Virus record (IMG/VR): IMGVR_UViG_3300020367_000005
Reading direction: 5' to 3' (one strand)
DNA: 20,000 bases
Source: an uncultured virus (IMG/VR IMGVR_UViG_3300020367_000005)
Lineage: Duplodnaviria > Heunggongvirae > Uroviricota > Caudoviricetes > Kyanoviridae
Within the stretch, counting starts at the first letter, position 1; each line of letters starts with the position of its first letter. Below are positions 6,895-15,753 of the stretch, in pieces. The notes beneath the pieces were generated by a model, which saw only the letters and a list, made by a program, of their open reading frames with translations, searched no databases and was not told the origin of the DNA. The position numbers were made by a program, and so were the translations under genes.

Positions 6895-9380
6895 GACCAA
6901 AGTGCCTCTAATGTATTCATTTTCTCTGCCTTCCACCCTATACAATCAAGTATAGCCTGTAAGGGTGCAAGAAAACTCTTCTCAAATTGTAGGTCATAAT
7001 CAATAGAATTGTCAAGCCCAAATTCCTTTGGAAGAGTCTGGAAGAATGAGATTATATTCTCATTAATCTTATTTGGTGTGCGAAGATGTAAGTATTTAAT
7101 CTTCTCACCCTCCTGTATGATGGGATACTTGTGCTGTAGTTTCTTCTTCTTGATGTGATAATTATACATCAATGCACCCCTGACATGCATGGGACATCCC
7201 TTACCATATATTGTAGCACTAGATGTATTCTTCTGTATATTATTACAACCACGTGGGAATGCTACTTCCTCTGGTGACATCTTCTCAAACCTCTCACGGA
7301 AGTCCTTAATATATTTCTGAGTGTCACTCTCACTACCTGTCATAATAACATTAAGTGCTTCCTTAATAGCAGTACGACATGGCATAGGTGTAGAAGACTT
7401 AACTGCCTCTATACCCATCATCTTTAGTTTAGGTTTCTCATACTGGACACCTTCACTATTCCATACGTTTAAAATATATCTCTTCTTCGCTGTCCATATA
7501 CCCTTGTTGGCAATGTTTTCTCTCTTCATCACCATCTTCTGCTCATAAGCATTTACAACGGTTGCCATTTCTTCATAAGCACTCGCAATATAGCGATCAA
7601 GTTCCACATCACACACCTTTTTAAGGAACCTAAGTGTACTCTGATCGTCCTTCTCTCCACTGGGGAATACAGCTTGTACCAGAGGACCAAGATTAAGGTA
7701 AATAGAATCAGTGTCACTAGCAATAACATAATCAGTCTCCTCTGTTTTTAATACTTTGTTTAAATAATTGTTTACTTTGTTTTCAATCCATCGGATTGCT
7801 ACTTGTCCAGACAATGTGATCGCTTCAGCGTTCGCAAGATTGTAATATCTGAAGTATTGGTTACCGATAGCACCATAGGCAGAGTTAAGTTGTATCTTTC
7901 TTGCCATCTGGATGTTGTTGAACTTGGCGATGTCTCGCTTGAGTTGTGCTGTTGGTTTCTTTTCATACTCACTCTTTGCCTTAAGCATTTTCTTCTTATA
8001 GATTGTCCTCTCATCGTAGATGCGTTGCATCATTTCGGGGAGGAATCCATGTATGTCCTTCCGATATTGGGCTCCGTTTGCACACACTGCAAAGTCTTCA
8101 TCGATCCGAACGTCTCCACTGAGCATTCCCTCGACGGTGGCGGTGGGGTGTCTTCGCTCGACGAGGGTTTCGGGGGAGATGTTGTACTGCATGATAAGGT
8201 GAGGATATAGACTGTTGAGGTCAAAACTAACCACCCAATCGTAGATGCCAGGCTTCGGCTCTTTGACATATGCTCCTGCGTATTTGTCATCTTTTCTAGT
8301 TGAACTCCTTGGTGGTACTACAATATTTCTTTTACTAAGGTCATTATATATGAGAGTGTCCCATACTTTAACCTGAGAATACACATCCTCAAAGTTAACC
8401 TTGGCATCGTATGCCATAGCGACACACAACTCCACCAGTTTCATCTTGTCTTCCAGTTGGTCAACAAGTTCAACGTCATGGATGTTATACTCTACAAACC
8501 TATCCCAATCATTAGTATAGAAGTCTTTAAAGTTTTCATACTGAGAGTGATCTAACTTCTTATCATCTAACTCAACCATTGCAATGTGGTCTAGTCTATA
8601 TGACTCTTGGTTTGTATAAGTAAACTTCTTATAGAGGTCAAGGTAGTCAAGAATACTAACACCAGTAAGATCATAAGCAATATTCCTACGTCCTTGAATG
8701 ACAATCTCTCTGTCATGCACCCTCTTCCAAGGTGACAGAGACTTCTTCCACTTCTCTCCTAGTATTCTCTCTACTCTACGACAAATATAAGGTATGTCAT
8801 AGAGGTTACAGTTCCATCCTGTAATAATGTCAGGGGTATTCTTTGCCCACCACTCAACAAAGTCTGCAAGCATCTTATCTTCCGACCAGAATACTCTATA
8901 CTCATGCTGAGATTGAAACTCTCGTGTACCCCACGTGATTATCTTCTTAGTATTGAAATCCTTTATAGTAATGCATAGCATCTGCTCTGCACATGCTTCT
9001 ACATCAGGGAAACCATTCTCACATGCAACCTCAATGTCAATCGTATAGATTTTCATCTTGGTCATATCATAATCTATGTCTCTAGGATATTTCTCAGCGA
9101 TATGCTGATACAGATACCTCTCATAACCATGGACTTCCATACCCGCAGCATCTTCATACTGCCTAAGAAACTCTCTTGCTTCTCTAGCACCATCAAACTT
9201 CTTTGGGTATGCTTTCCTACCATCTAAAGTCTTATACTTAGATGGTTTCTTTTGTGCATCTGGTACCAGATACAATGTTGGTTGTGACTTCTCTCTGTAT
9301 TGTACAGGTTGTCCATTCTCATACCCACGGTAGAGAATATCATTTCCTAATAGACATAAATTTGTATAGAAATCACTCAT
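6891..9380 (-). CDS. 43: Family B DNA polymerase (T4 gp43)
   Basis: Exonuclease motifs DIE, GWN..YD and YNIHD. Polymerase motifs [21 protein letters not shown] and KKRY. 829 aa, uninterrupted. Confidence 0.98.
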   Translation of the reverse strand: MSDFYTNLCLLGNDILYRGYENGQPVQYREKSQPTLYLVPDAQKKPSKYKTLDGRKAYPKKFDGAREAREFLRQYEDAAGMEVHGYERYLYQHIAEKYPRDIDYDMTKMKIYTIDIEVACENGFPDVEACAEQMLCITIKDFNTKKIITWGTREFQSQHEYRVFWSEDKMLADFVEWWAKNTPDIITGWNCNLYDIPYICRRVERILGEKWKKSLSPWKRVHDREIVIQGRRNIAYDLTGVSILDYLDLYKKFTYTNQESYRLDHIAMVELDDKKLDHSQYENFKDFYTNDWDRFVEYNIHDVELVDQLEDKMKLVELCVAMAYDAKVNFEDVYSQVKVWDTLIYNDLSKRNIVVPPRSSTRKDDKYAGAYVKEPKPGIYDWVVSFDLNSLYPHLIMQYNISPETLVERRHPTATVEGMLSGDVRIDEDFAVCANGAQYRKDIHGFLPEMMQRIYDERTIYKKKMLKAKSEYEKKPTAQLKRDIAKFNNIQMARKIQLNSAYGAIGNQYFRYYNLANAEAITLSGQVAIRWIENKVNNYLNKVLKTEETDYVIASDTDSIYLNLGPLVQAVFPSGEKDDQSTLRFLKKVCDVELDRYIASAYEEMATVVNAYEQKMVMKRENIANKGIWTAKKRYILNVWNSEGVQYEKPKLKMMGIEAVKSSTPMPCRTAIKEALNVIMTGSESDTQKYIKDFRERFEKMSPEEVAFPRGCNNIQKNTSSATIYGKGCPMHVRGALMYNYHIKKKKLQHKYPIIQEGEKIKYLHLRTPNKINENIISFFQTLPKEFGLDNSIDYDLQFEKSFLAPLQAILDCIGWKAEKMNTLEALWS

Positions 9381-9630
9381 TAATTTCAGAACCTACTGCT
9401 TCTCCATATTTCTCTGCAACAACAGCAGAGGGATCCAGTATAGTCAAGACCTGGTCAGATGTCAAGAACAAATCTCGTTGGTCTGTATGTAATGGAAATG
9501 TATCCAACACACCTTCAGGTCCAACAGAATAACAATTCTCAATCAGTAGACTCGGTTCCTCGTCCAGTTCCGTTATCTTCCCCAACAAATACAGCTGTGG
9601 GCGGTGTTTGAGTATGATCAACTTTAGCAT
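9373..9630 (-). CDS. Small hypothetical protein upstream of gp43
   Basis: 85-aa beta-rich ORF overlapping the gp43 start by 8 nt. Confidence 0.7.
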   Translation of the reverse strand: MLKLIILKHRPQLYLLGKITELDEEPSLLIENCYSVGPEGVLDTFPLHTDQRDLFLTSDQVLTILDPSAVVAEKYGEAVGSEINE

Positions 9631-9973
9631 CGTCTTTCTTTATCTCTTTGTATTTTTTTATTGCCTGTTGCCATCCGTCAACGACGTTGGAATGTGGCTC
9701 TGAAATTGCCACTACTGAATATAGTGTAACAATATTTCTTCCAGTTGACAATGGTGACCACGGAAAGAATTCTAATTCTATATTACCAAGAGACTCCATG
9801 TCAACTTTATCACCCTCTTGAAACATATCTTCAACTTGTCTCAAGATTGTCACGGTGAATGCATCAATGAATTCATATGCTATAGCAGTTTTACCTGTAG
9901 CATCAGGACGTATCTCCTTGATATCAGCTATTACGTCCTCTCCGTTTTGCATTCTTGCGACTCTTACTGACAT
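9539..9973 (-). CDS. Hypothetical protein (conserved cyanophage type, possibly Sm-like)
   Basis: 144-aa ORF; M..GEDVIAD...F.PW.PLS pattern; AAGGA ribosome-binding site upstream. Confidence 0.75.
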   Translation of the reverse strand: MSVRVARMQNGEDVIADIKEIRPDATGKTAIAYEFIDAFTVTILRQVEDMFQEGDKVDMESLGNIELEFFPWSPLSTGRNIVTLYSVVAISEPHSNVVDGWQQAIKKYKEIKKDDAKVDHTQTPPTAVFVGEDNGTGRGTESTD

Positions 9974-10169
9974 ATCCTTGACCCTCCATTAAATTATAGT
10001 AAGTACCTCTAACTAAATCACCGAATGCTTTCCTAGCAGACACGTTTCGTTGGTCAGAAAGCATATGCACCATCTGCATAAACTCTTCTGATAACTCTGG
10101 CGGTAGGTCTAACGTCAGTGTATCTTTCTTTTCATTGGACTCTGGACATATATTAACATACATGTTCAT
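9924..10169 (-). CDS. Hypothetical protein
   Basis: ORF track gives 9924-10184. GGAG lies 9 nt upstream of the ATG at 10169, which favours that start. Basic C-terminal tail. Confidence 0.65.
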   Translation of the reverse strand: MNMYVNICPESNEKKDTLTLDLPPELSEEFMQMVHMLSDQRNVSARKAFGDLVRGTYYNLMEGQGYVSKSRKNAKRRGRNS

Positions 10170-10186
10170 AATAATCAACTCCATAT

Positions 10187-10212
10187 AAAAAGAGACCTCT
10201 GAAGGTCTCTTT
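10187..10212 (-). terminator. Intrinsic terminator-like hairpin
   Basis: AAAGAGACCT (10189-10198), 4-nt loop, AGGTCTCTTT (10203-10212). T-run on the minus strand; intergenic. Confidence 0.75.
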
Positions 10213-10234
10213 GGTTGTTAAATTATATAGGTGT

Positions 10235-10456
10235 CTAAACATCACCTGTTACTTTACCACTTGATACCTTAGCAGGAGGATCTAAATGAATAGTTCCTGT
10301 GTAAGGTTGATGTGCATGCTCTAACAAATGATCTAACTTAGCGTTAATCTCATCTAGTTTTTCCTCTATGCTTGTGTCTGGGACATATGCAAGAGGGTCA
10401 TTAGCATACTCTGGTGGTGTTATTATCGGGTCACTCATTAGTAATACCTGTTCCAT
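10235..10456 (-). CDS. Hypothetical protein
   Basis: 73-aa ORF with a short coiled segment (IEEKLDEINAKLDHLLE). Late promoter just upstream. Confidence 0.65.
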   Translation of the reverse strand: MEQVLLMSDPIITPPEYANDPLAYVPDTSIEEKLDEINAKLDHLLEHAHQPYTGTIHLDPPAKVSSGKVTGDV

Positions 10457-10463
10457 TGTATAT

Positions 10464-10470
10464 TATTTAG
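10464..10470 (-). promoter_or_regulatory. T4-type late promoter (CTAAATA)
   Basis: Minus strand CTAAATAATATACAATG, upstream of the 73-aa ORF. Confidence 0.55.
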
Positions 10471-10649
10471 TAGTCATCATCATTTGTCTGTGACTCTACC
10501 CACTCAGCATTGTTTCGACAGTATGCATCAGCATCTATCTCCATCCTCCAGTGGGTGAGGGTATGAAGGGTCTGTATCATGACCAACATACCCAGTATCA
10601 GCACAGGCCCTATCCATAAGGGGTGCATAACGACATCTTCTGTCTTCAT
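10467..10649 (-). CDS. Small membrane protein
   Basis: 60 aa with hydrophobic LWIGPVLILGMLVMI; ATGA overlap with the hsp20 stop region. Confidence 0.7.
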   Translation of the reverse strand: MKTEDVVMHPLWIGPVLILGMLVMIQTLHTLTHWRMEIDADAYCRNNAEWVESQTNDDDY

Positions 10650-11086
10650 GTTAGGTAATCTTTACGAGCATGATGCTCAGGTATTACCTTACCAAGTTTA
10701 ACTACCAATAGACCATCCTCAAATGTAACATCAGTTACTTTAGTGTCTTCTGCAACTGCCCAAGAGCGTTTGAAACTTCTTTGTGCAAGTCCTCTATGGA
10801 AGAATTGTTCCTCTGTAGAAATATCTTCTTTGGTTGGTTTGCTTCCTTCGACGTGGAGTTTACCGTATTCTGTGTAGACATTGACTTCATCCTTTTTGAA
10901 CCCTGCTAGAGCAACCTCTAGTCTTGACTCGTGATTATTTACATGAACAATATTATAGGGTGGATAATTCTGAGCTTCCATCGAGTTAAAGCTATCAAAA
11001 TAATCATCCAACCCTAGTGAGTTAGTAAAAATCTTGTCCATTAGTGCAGGTAAATCCGCACTACGATATCTTTGTATTTTTCCCAT
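10646..11086 (-). CDS. hsp20: Small heat shock protein (Hsp20/IbpA-like)
   Basis: NYPPYNI, LEVALAGF, HRGLAQRSF and FEDGLL motifs. Start is ATG 11086, with AAGGAG at 11099-11094. Confidence 0.95.
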   Translation of the reverse strand: MGKIQRYRSADLPALMDKIFTNSLGLDDYFDSFNSMEAQNYPPYNIVHVNNHESRLEVALAGFKKDEVNVYTEYGKLHVEGSKPTKEDISTEEQFFHRGLAQRSFKRSWAVAEDTKVTDVTFEDGLLVVKLGKVIPEHHARKDYLT

Positions 11087-11093
11087 GATAGGT

Positions 11094-11150
11094 CTCCTTA
11101 AATAAGCGAGTGTTAATTGTGGACCCTTTCGGCATCCACATATATTTATA
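11094..11150 (-). promoter_or_regulatory. hsp20 leader: late promoter TATAAATA, GAAA-tetraloop hairpin and ROSE-like Shine-Dalgarno-sequestering hairpin
   Basis: TATAAATA at 11150-11143; UGUGGA-UG-CC-GAAA-GG-G-UCCACA at 11140-11118; CUC-G-CUU-AUUU-AAG-GAG at 11110-11094. Confidence 0.7.
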
Positions 11151-11216
11151 CCATACCCCTGAGACACTAGCAATAGGGGTATCCGTAATGGTACATTTGT
11201 TACAGTACGGTTTTTG

Positions 11217-11223
11217 CTAAATA
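11217..11223 (+). promoter_or_regulatory. T4-type late promoter (CTAAATA) for the plus-strand island
   Basis: 22 nt upstream of ATG 11246, followed by an AGGA ribosome-binding site; divergent from the hsp20 promoter. Confidence 0.6.
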
Positions 11224-11245
11224 GAAGTACTTCTACTTAGGATAA

Positions 11246-11755
11246 ATGAAAAGAGCAGTATTGCTTTTTGGTATGATTTTGATGAGTGGCACAGCAGCAC
11301 GTGCCGATCTGACTCATAGACTTAGTAGCTCTACGCAACTCCAAGTAGATGCGGGTTATACTCAAGTTTCAAGAGCAGGTAATTCTTATAGCACCAGTGG
11401 ATCTGGTGTCAGCACAACTATTACACCGTCTGGTGGTAGTGCAACAAATGATTTAGGTGGTATATCTGCTGTCAGCACAGCAGGTGTAGCAACTTTTGCC
11501 CTACCTGACGTAGCACAGACAACCCAAGGAAATGCATATAGTTTTACACAAAATATAACTACAGGTGATGCTATTGTAACCACTGCTGCGGACGTAGGTG
11601 ACGTGCTTGGTTATAGTAATATAGTCTCCACTGCCCCTGGTACCGCTGGTTCCTTGGCTGGAACTATTTTGAGTTCGGGTGCTATGACTCTAACAGCTGG
11701 AGGTTCAGGTACTTCGGCTACGGGACAATTCGTCACAGAAATAACCATACGCTAA
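11246..11755 (+). CDS. Secreted Ser/Thr/Gly-rich hypothetical protein
   Basis: Signal peptide MKRAVLLFGMILMSGTAARA|D; beta-rich mature region ending GQFVTEITIR. Confidence 0.8.
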   Translation: MKRAVLLFGMILMSGTAARADLTHRLSSSTQLQVDAGYTQVSRAGNSYSTSGSGVSTTITPSGGSATNDLGGISAVSTAGVATFALPDVAQTTQGNAYSFTQNITTGDAIVTTAADVGDVLGYSNIVSTAPGTAGSLAGTILSSGAMTLTAGGSGTSATGQFVTEITIR

Positions 11756-11767
11756 GGATGCTACATA

Positions 11768-12235
11768 ATGAAACGAGTTTTAGTACTACTACTGCTTAGT
11801 TTCGGAGGTACTGCTGCTTATGCAGTGCCTGTGGTACCAAATTTCCAACAGGGATCGATGACATCCCACACGGAGACTGAATCTACCGTGACGGAAACCA
11901 TAAATTCGATTGACATGAGGACAGGATGGGAATACACCGTGAGTGGGGTAGGCATTTCAAACAATGGAGAAGCACTAAACCCCAACGTGAATACATCAAC
12001 AGTAACAGTAAGCCCAAGCGTGGGGTCAGGAGACGCAGCCATAACAGGTACAGTGACTTCATCCTTCGACAACTTGGACTTCAACAATCAAACTCAGTTT
12101 ACGATAACGACTCCAGGGGAGGCGTTCCAATTCGTACAGAGTTATCAAGGACCAGGGGTCACCAACCAAACTCTCATACAAAGAGTAACCACCATCCGAA
12201 GCGTAACAGACACAACAAGTACGTTTACCCAGTAA
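11768..12235 (+). CDS. Secreted Thr-rich hypothetical protein
   Basis: Signal peptide MKRVLVLLLLSFGGTAAYA|V; AAGGA ribosome-binding site upstream; VPVVPNFQQGSMTS N-terminus. Confidence 0.8.
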   Translation: MKRVLVLLLLSFGGTAAYAVPVVPNFQQGSMTSHTETESTVTETINSIDMRTGWEYTVSGVGISNNGEALNPNVNTSTVTVSPSVGSGDAAITGTVTSSFDNLDFNNQTQFTITTPGEAFQFVQSYQGPGVTNQTLIQRVTTIRSVTDTTSTFTQ

Positions 12236-13140
12236 TTGCAGCACTTCTCAGCGTCCAAACTTTACCTGCAAGAGCAGAAGTTGGTGGAGTTAGTGCAACA
12301 GCGAACCCTATCGCCAATAGTTCTGGCTCGGTGACGAACCAGGCAATACAAGTTTTACAAGGTCCATACATAACCAACACCTATGGTGGTGGTGTCCAAT
12401 GTCAGGGTAGTACCTTTAACCTTACACCCTATGTGCAGTTTGCCGACTCTAGGAAGGATCCTTGGGTCGATTTTTATGATGAACCACAATATAATTTGAC
12501 TGATACCAGTGGTAAGATGACTCCTACTACAGTAACAGTTAAAAACTATCCTTGGGAGACATGGTATGACACCAGAACCAAGGCAGATGGTAGTAGATGG
12601 TTTGAAGATGGTGCTGACATGCAAATCACAATGGATATAGATGGTCCTGATGGAGTACCAGATGTAGTAAGTAATGGTACCATGACTCCTACTTGGTTTA
12701 AACCAGTGAGGACAGACATGTCTGCTAATCAGTCATTCAATGCAGGTTTCTCTGCTACTCTGTCTATACCATTGAATAGAAAGTTAGTTAAGCAGTGCCA
12801 TGAAGCAGCACAAGCACAGATTAATATGCAAGAGCAATTAATATCTAACAAGAGATTAGACTTTGAATTAGCTCGTCTTAAAAATTGTGGTGAGCTGAAA
12901 AAAAGCGGGATATTTTTCCATCCCGCTAGTCCTTATCATAGTGTTTGTGCTGATGTAGTAGTAACAGCACCAGGTGGACAGATAATTCCACACGAGCATC
13001 AGTTACCACAACCTAAGTGGACTCAACCTACTTCTTCTTCTTTAGAGTCTTCTTCAGTGGAAGTAACCCCTTCTTCAAACGGTATTGGTCTGCCAACACT
13101 TCAGATCGGGACGGTCTCCGAGTCTGACGACCAAGAATAG
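11926..13140 (+). CDS. Secreted hypothetical protein, start uncertain
   Basis: Long ORF. Signal-like segment KYVYPVIAALLSVQTLPARA|E at about 12217-12279. Four Cys and a helical C-terminal region. The first ~95 codons overlap the upstream gene. Confidence 0.7.
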   Translation: MGIHREWGRHFKQWRSTKPQREYINSNSKPKRGVRRRSHNRYSDFILRQLGLQQSNSVYDNDSRGGVPIRTELSRTRGHQPNSHTKSNHHPKRNRHNKYVYPVIAALLSVQTLPARAEVGGVSATANPIANSSGSVTNQAIQVLQGPYITNTYGGGVQCQGSTFNLTPYVQFADSRKDPWVDFYDEPQYNLTDTSGKMTPTTVTVKNYPWETWYDTRTKADGSRWFEDGADMQITMDIDGPDGVPDVVSNGTMTPTWFKPVRTDMSANQSFNAGFSATLSIPLNRKLVKQCHEAAQAQINMQEQLISNKRLDFELARLKNCGELKKSGIFFHPASPYHSVCADVVVTAPGGQIIPHEHQLPQPKWTQPTSSSLESSSVEVTPSSNGIGLPTLQIGTVSESDDQE

Positions 13141-13912
13141 AGTTAACCTTACCCATAACCTTCTTAATAACAGGTTTCACAACCCTTAGTATTAAATCTG
13201 CTAAGGGTTTTGCAAATAAAGCTGATGTTGTTGCGACTGTTGCTATGACTGCTGTTGTAGATACGGTACCAACCGTTGGTAGATACTGTTCCACTGCTGG
13301 TACTGGTTCCCAGATGGTCTCACAGATTTTACCGTCAGGTGTTAGTTTATATTCTTTTACTTGCTCATCACCTTTCTGATTCCTATCTCCTATGCGTCTA
13401 GCATTGGGTGGAGGACACTCTACCTTTTCTGAACCTGTCGGTGGTATCTCAGGTGTTTCTGGTGTATCAAATTCTGCCTGTGCTATATCTCCTGTATCTA
13501 CTCCTTCATCAACCTCGTCTTGCTCAGTATATACTGTCTGCCATGTTAACTCTCTAGCATCATAGTTAGGTGGTTCATAGTATGGCATACCTGCATCACA
13601 TGCTACTACATTACCTTTAGGGTCATCATTAACTAGATTCTTATTGAGAGATGGGTCTTTACCTGTGTTCTCCTTATGGACTTTAACGCATCCAGGTATA
13701 TCAACAATAGGTTGTCCTATGTTTATTACTACTGGTGGATCCAATGGAGTAACAACCTGACTGGTAGTCTCCCATGGACGTAACTCTGCTAACTGAATAT
13801 TTGCTATACCTGGATTCCATGTTCTAACATCACGAATGAACCTAATACCTGTACCATTTATTATAATGTTAGGCACACCTGCATCAGGTATCGTAATGTT
13901 AGGTATTGTCAC
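13028..13912 (-). CDS. Membrane-anchored Pro-rich hypothetical protein
   Basis: 294 aa with two Cys pairs, a C-terminal hydrophobic helix (TTAVIATVATTSALFA) and a basic tail. Confidence 0.8.
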   Translation of the reverse strand: MTIPNITIPDAGVPNIIINGTGIRFIRDVRTWNPGIANIQLAELRPWETTSQVVTPLDPPVVINIGQPIVDIPGCVKVHKENTGKDPSLNKNLVNDDPKGNVVACDAGMPYYEPPNYDARELTWQTVYTEQDEVDEGVDTGDIAQAEFDTPETPEIPPTGSEKVECPPPNARRIGDRNQKGDEQVKEYKLTPDGKICETIWEPVPAVEQYLPTVGTVSTTAVIATVATTSALFAKPLADLILRVVKPVIKKVMGKVNSILGRQTRRPSRSEVLADQYRLKKGLLPLKKTLKKKK

Positions 13913-14172
13913 TGCGATAGATCCATATCATAGGGTGGTTCCCATACTGGGACAATCTCATGCTTACTTGTAGATATTTCTTTCTTTCTTAATTTCTCTT
14001 CCAATTCCTCAACACTAAGAGTATGAGCTATCACCTCTGACTTCTTATCATATACGTGAAAGAGTATGTCGCTCATTGAATCATCCTTTTTGTGTTGAAT
14101 AACTATTTGTTTTGCCTTAGTAGTCTCCTCACTATAGAAGATAACTGGTTGGTCTTTCTGGTCTCCACTCAT
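13909..14172 (-). CDS. Hypothetical protein
   Basis: 87-aa ORF with 4-nt overlaps on both sides. Confidence 0.65.
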   Translation of the reverse strand: MSGDQKDQPVIFYSEETTKAKQIVIQHKKDDSMSDILFHVYDKKSEVIAHTLSVEELEEKLRKKEISTSKHEIVPVWEPPYDMDLSQ

Positions 14173-14426
14173 TGTTTTGGTATTGTCTGTTTGTAATCTT
14201 CTGGTTTTTTAAGTCCTCGTACGGGTCCTGATGTTTTCGGCCATGCGTTTATCAGTTGTAGGTAAACTTCTTCCCTGACGACTTGCCTGATTGCTTCTAT
14301 CTGAGCATCTTGTCTCTTCTGAGGACCACCAGTCTGCTGATCGACGACATGGTTACCCCCTACAAATGCACCAGTCCCTAAGACTGCTACTGCTGTTGTT
14401 GTTGATGCTGCTTTCTGTAAATCCAT
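14169..14426 (-). CDS. Small hypothetical protein with N-terminal hydrophobic segment
   Basis: 85 aa; TAVAVLGTGAFVGG; TAATG coupling with the upstream gene. Confidence 0.7.
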   Translation of the reverse strand: MDLQKAASTTTAVAVLGTGAFVGGNHVVDQQTGGPQKRQDAQIEAIRQVVREEVYLQLINAWPKTSGPVRGLKKPEDYKQTIPKQ

Positions 14427-14995
14427 TAGAGATACGTTACTACTATTACTACTCTCCTCTTAGATTTAGGAGGTTGCATATAATGTAGACCTTCAAATGT
14501 TACAATGTCATCTTCAAGAGGTTCAAAGTAATGGTCCATGCCATCCTCTTCACAATAAGTCCTACCACCAGAATCTGTCAAGTATATTATTAAGTTTTTA
14601 TGAGGAAACTCATGGTCCTTATGAGGAACAGTTAATACATTACCCTCTACTGGATGCACTGCGTTAGCATTTATCCTGTATATACAATGGACATTCATAT
14701 TATTATGTAACATGATGTCATTGATAACGTCATCAAAAGCATCAAGATACTGAGAGTTAGACCTAGGATATCTCCTATGCTCACTACTCATAGTAGCAGG
14801 GTGTGCAGGTCCATGTAGGACTGCATGAGAGTAGAAGGATAAGTCCTTATGCTCTTGCTCAAACCCCAATGCTTCAGCATATGGTGTTGCTTGGTTGTTA
14901 TAAAACCAAGGAAACTGTTCAGATAATATAAAATCCTTTAGCTCTCTGTACCCAGAGGTCAATGGATTCTCTAGTGTTTCAAAGGGACAACTCAT
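14426..14995 (-). CDS. Putative 2OG-Fe(II) oxygenase
   Basis: PHKD...IIYL...FEG.H...P...RRVVI pattern. Confidence 0.7.
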   Translation of the reverse strand: MSCPFETLENPLTSGYRELKDFILSEQFPWFYNNQATPYAEALGFEQEHKDLSFYSHAVLHGPAHPATMSSEHRRYPRSNSQYLDAFDDVINDIMLHNNMNVHCIYRINANAVHPVEGNVLTVPHKDHEFPHKNLIIYLTDSGGRTYCEEDGMDHYFEPLEDDIVTFEGLHYMQPPKSKRRVVIVVTYL

Positions 14996-15489
14996 TTTGG
15001 AAAAGGTATCAATCCTAAATTGGCAGAGTATCTACCTGGTTCATGTAGTATATCAAACCCTATAGTAAGACGAGGTGTAGTAAATGGTTCATTAACCACA
15101 ACCTTATGCTTCATATAACCTGGTCCGATATAAACATTACCAACTTCATTTTGTATTTCAAAATCTTCAAATACAGTTGTAGTATTGAAGGGTCTTATAC
15201 TTATATAGCCATGAATAGGCCACGCATGGTCATGCCATGGTAACACATCCTCAGGCATATGTCTATTTAACCATGCTTGCATCCACAATTGATCAGCATC
15301 TGTATAGTCATAAACAAAACCTCTCAACTCATTGAAGAGGTCGTAAAAGACCTGAGTTGGAGAGGTTAATCCGAAGATATTATATCTATCGTATGACATG
15401 GTGAGGTCACCTTCATACGTTACATCATCTAGTATGGAAGTCATCACTCCAACGTTATCTAAAACAACATTGGATTTATATATCTTCAT
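14992..15489 (-). CDS. Putative 2OG-Fe(II) oxygenase-like protein
   Basis: WLN...WHDH...HKV...R.TIGFD pattern. Confidence 0.6.
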   Translation of the reverse strand: MKIYKSNVVLDNVGVMTSILDDVTYEGDLTMSYDRYNIFGLTSPTQVFYDLFNELRGFVYDYTDADQLWMQAWLNRHMPEDVLPWHDHAWPIHGYISIRPFNTTTVFEDFEIQNEVGNVYIGPGYMKHKVVVNEPFTTPRLTIGFDILHEPGRYSANLGLIPFPK

Positions 15490-15741
15490 TTAAAATGGAG
15501 ATTCCATTGGTGCTGCTTGAGGTGCTTCCATATCAGGTACAGGGACAGCTGATCCAAGACCTTCTGTAGAAAGACTGTCTGTTATACCACCAAGAGCACC
15601 ACCACCAAGAGATCCTAGTGCTTTCTCAGTAACTGACTCTATGATTGCATCTTTCTGTGTATACAGATAGATTCCACCGCTAACAACTGCAAGGCTTACA
15701 GTTGCACTTGCTATCGCAAGAACATTTACAAATTTTTGCAT
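15490..15741 (-). CDS. Small membrane protein
   Basis: 83 aa; N-terminal transmembrane helix and a Gly/Pro-rich tail. Confidence 0.75.
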   Translation of the reverse strand: MQKFVNVLAIASATVSLAVVSGGIYLYTQKDAIIESVTEKALGSLGGGALGGITDSLSTEGLGSAVPVPDMEAPQAAPMESPF

Positions 15742-15753
15742 GATACTTCATTT

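Noticed and set aside
6895..6945. N-terminal extension of UvsX in the ORF track
   Set aside because: It overlaps the gp43 C-terminus; the GTGA-coupled start at 6894 is more plausible.
6891..9380. Intein, intron or split in gp43 (also checked for gp41 and uvsX)
   Set aside because: Lengths and motif spacing are normal and there are no splicing motifs. SDTDS in place of GDTDS is ordinary for cyanophage polymerases.
1451..9532. Numerous short plus-strand and alternate-frame ORFs in the track (e.g. 1451-1711, 3456-3695, 4545-4868, 7803-8210, 8030-8290)
   Set aside because: They lie within or antisense to well-supported genes and have no recognisable motifs, so they are treated as shadow ORFs.
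11087..11173. 29-aa N-terminal extension of Hsp20 in the ORF track
   Set aside because: It spans the late promoter and leader hairpins, and the strong Shine-Dalgarno supports ATG 11086.
11246..13140. Curli (CsgA/F/G) identity for the secreted proteins
   Set aside because: No regular curlin N/Q/G repeats and no lipobox Cys as in CsgG.
14381..14455. Short trinucleotide-like runs (gctactgctgttgttgttg; tactactattactact)
   Set aside because: These are explained by Thr/Ala/Val codon runs inside coding sequences and are not a repeat element.
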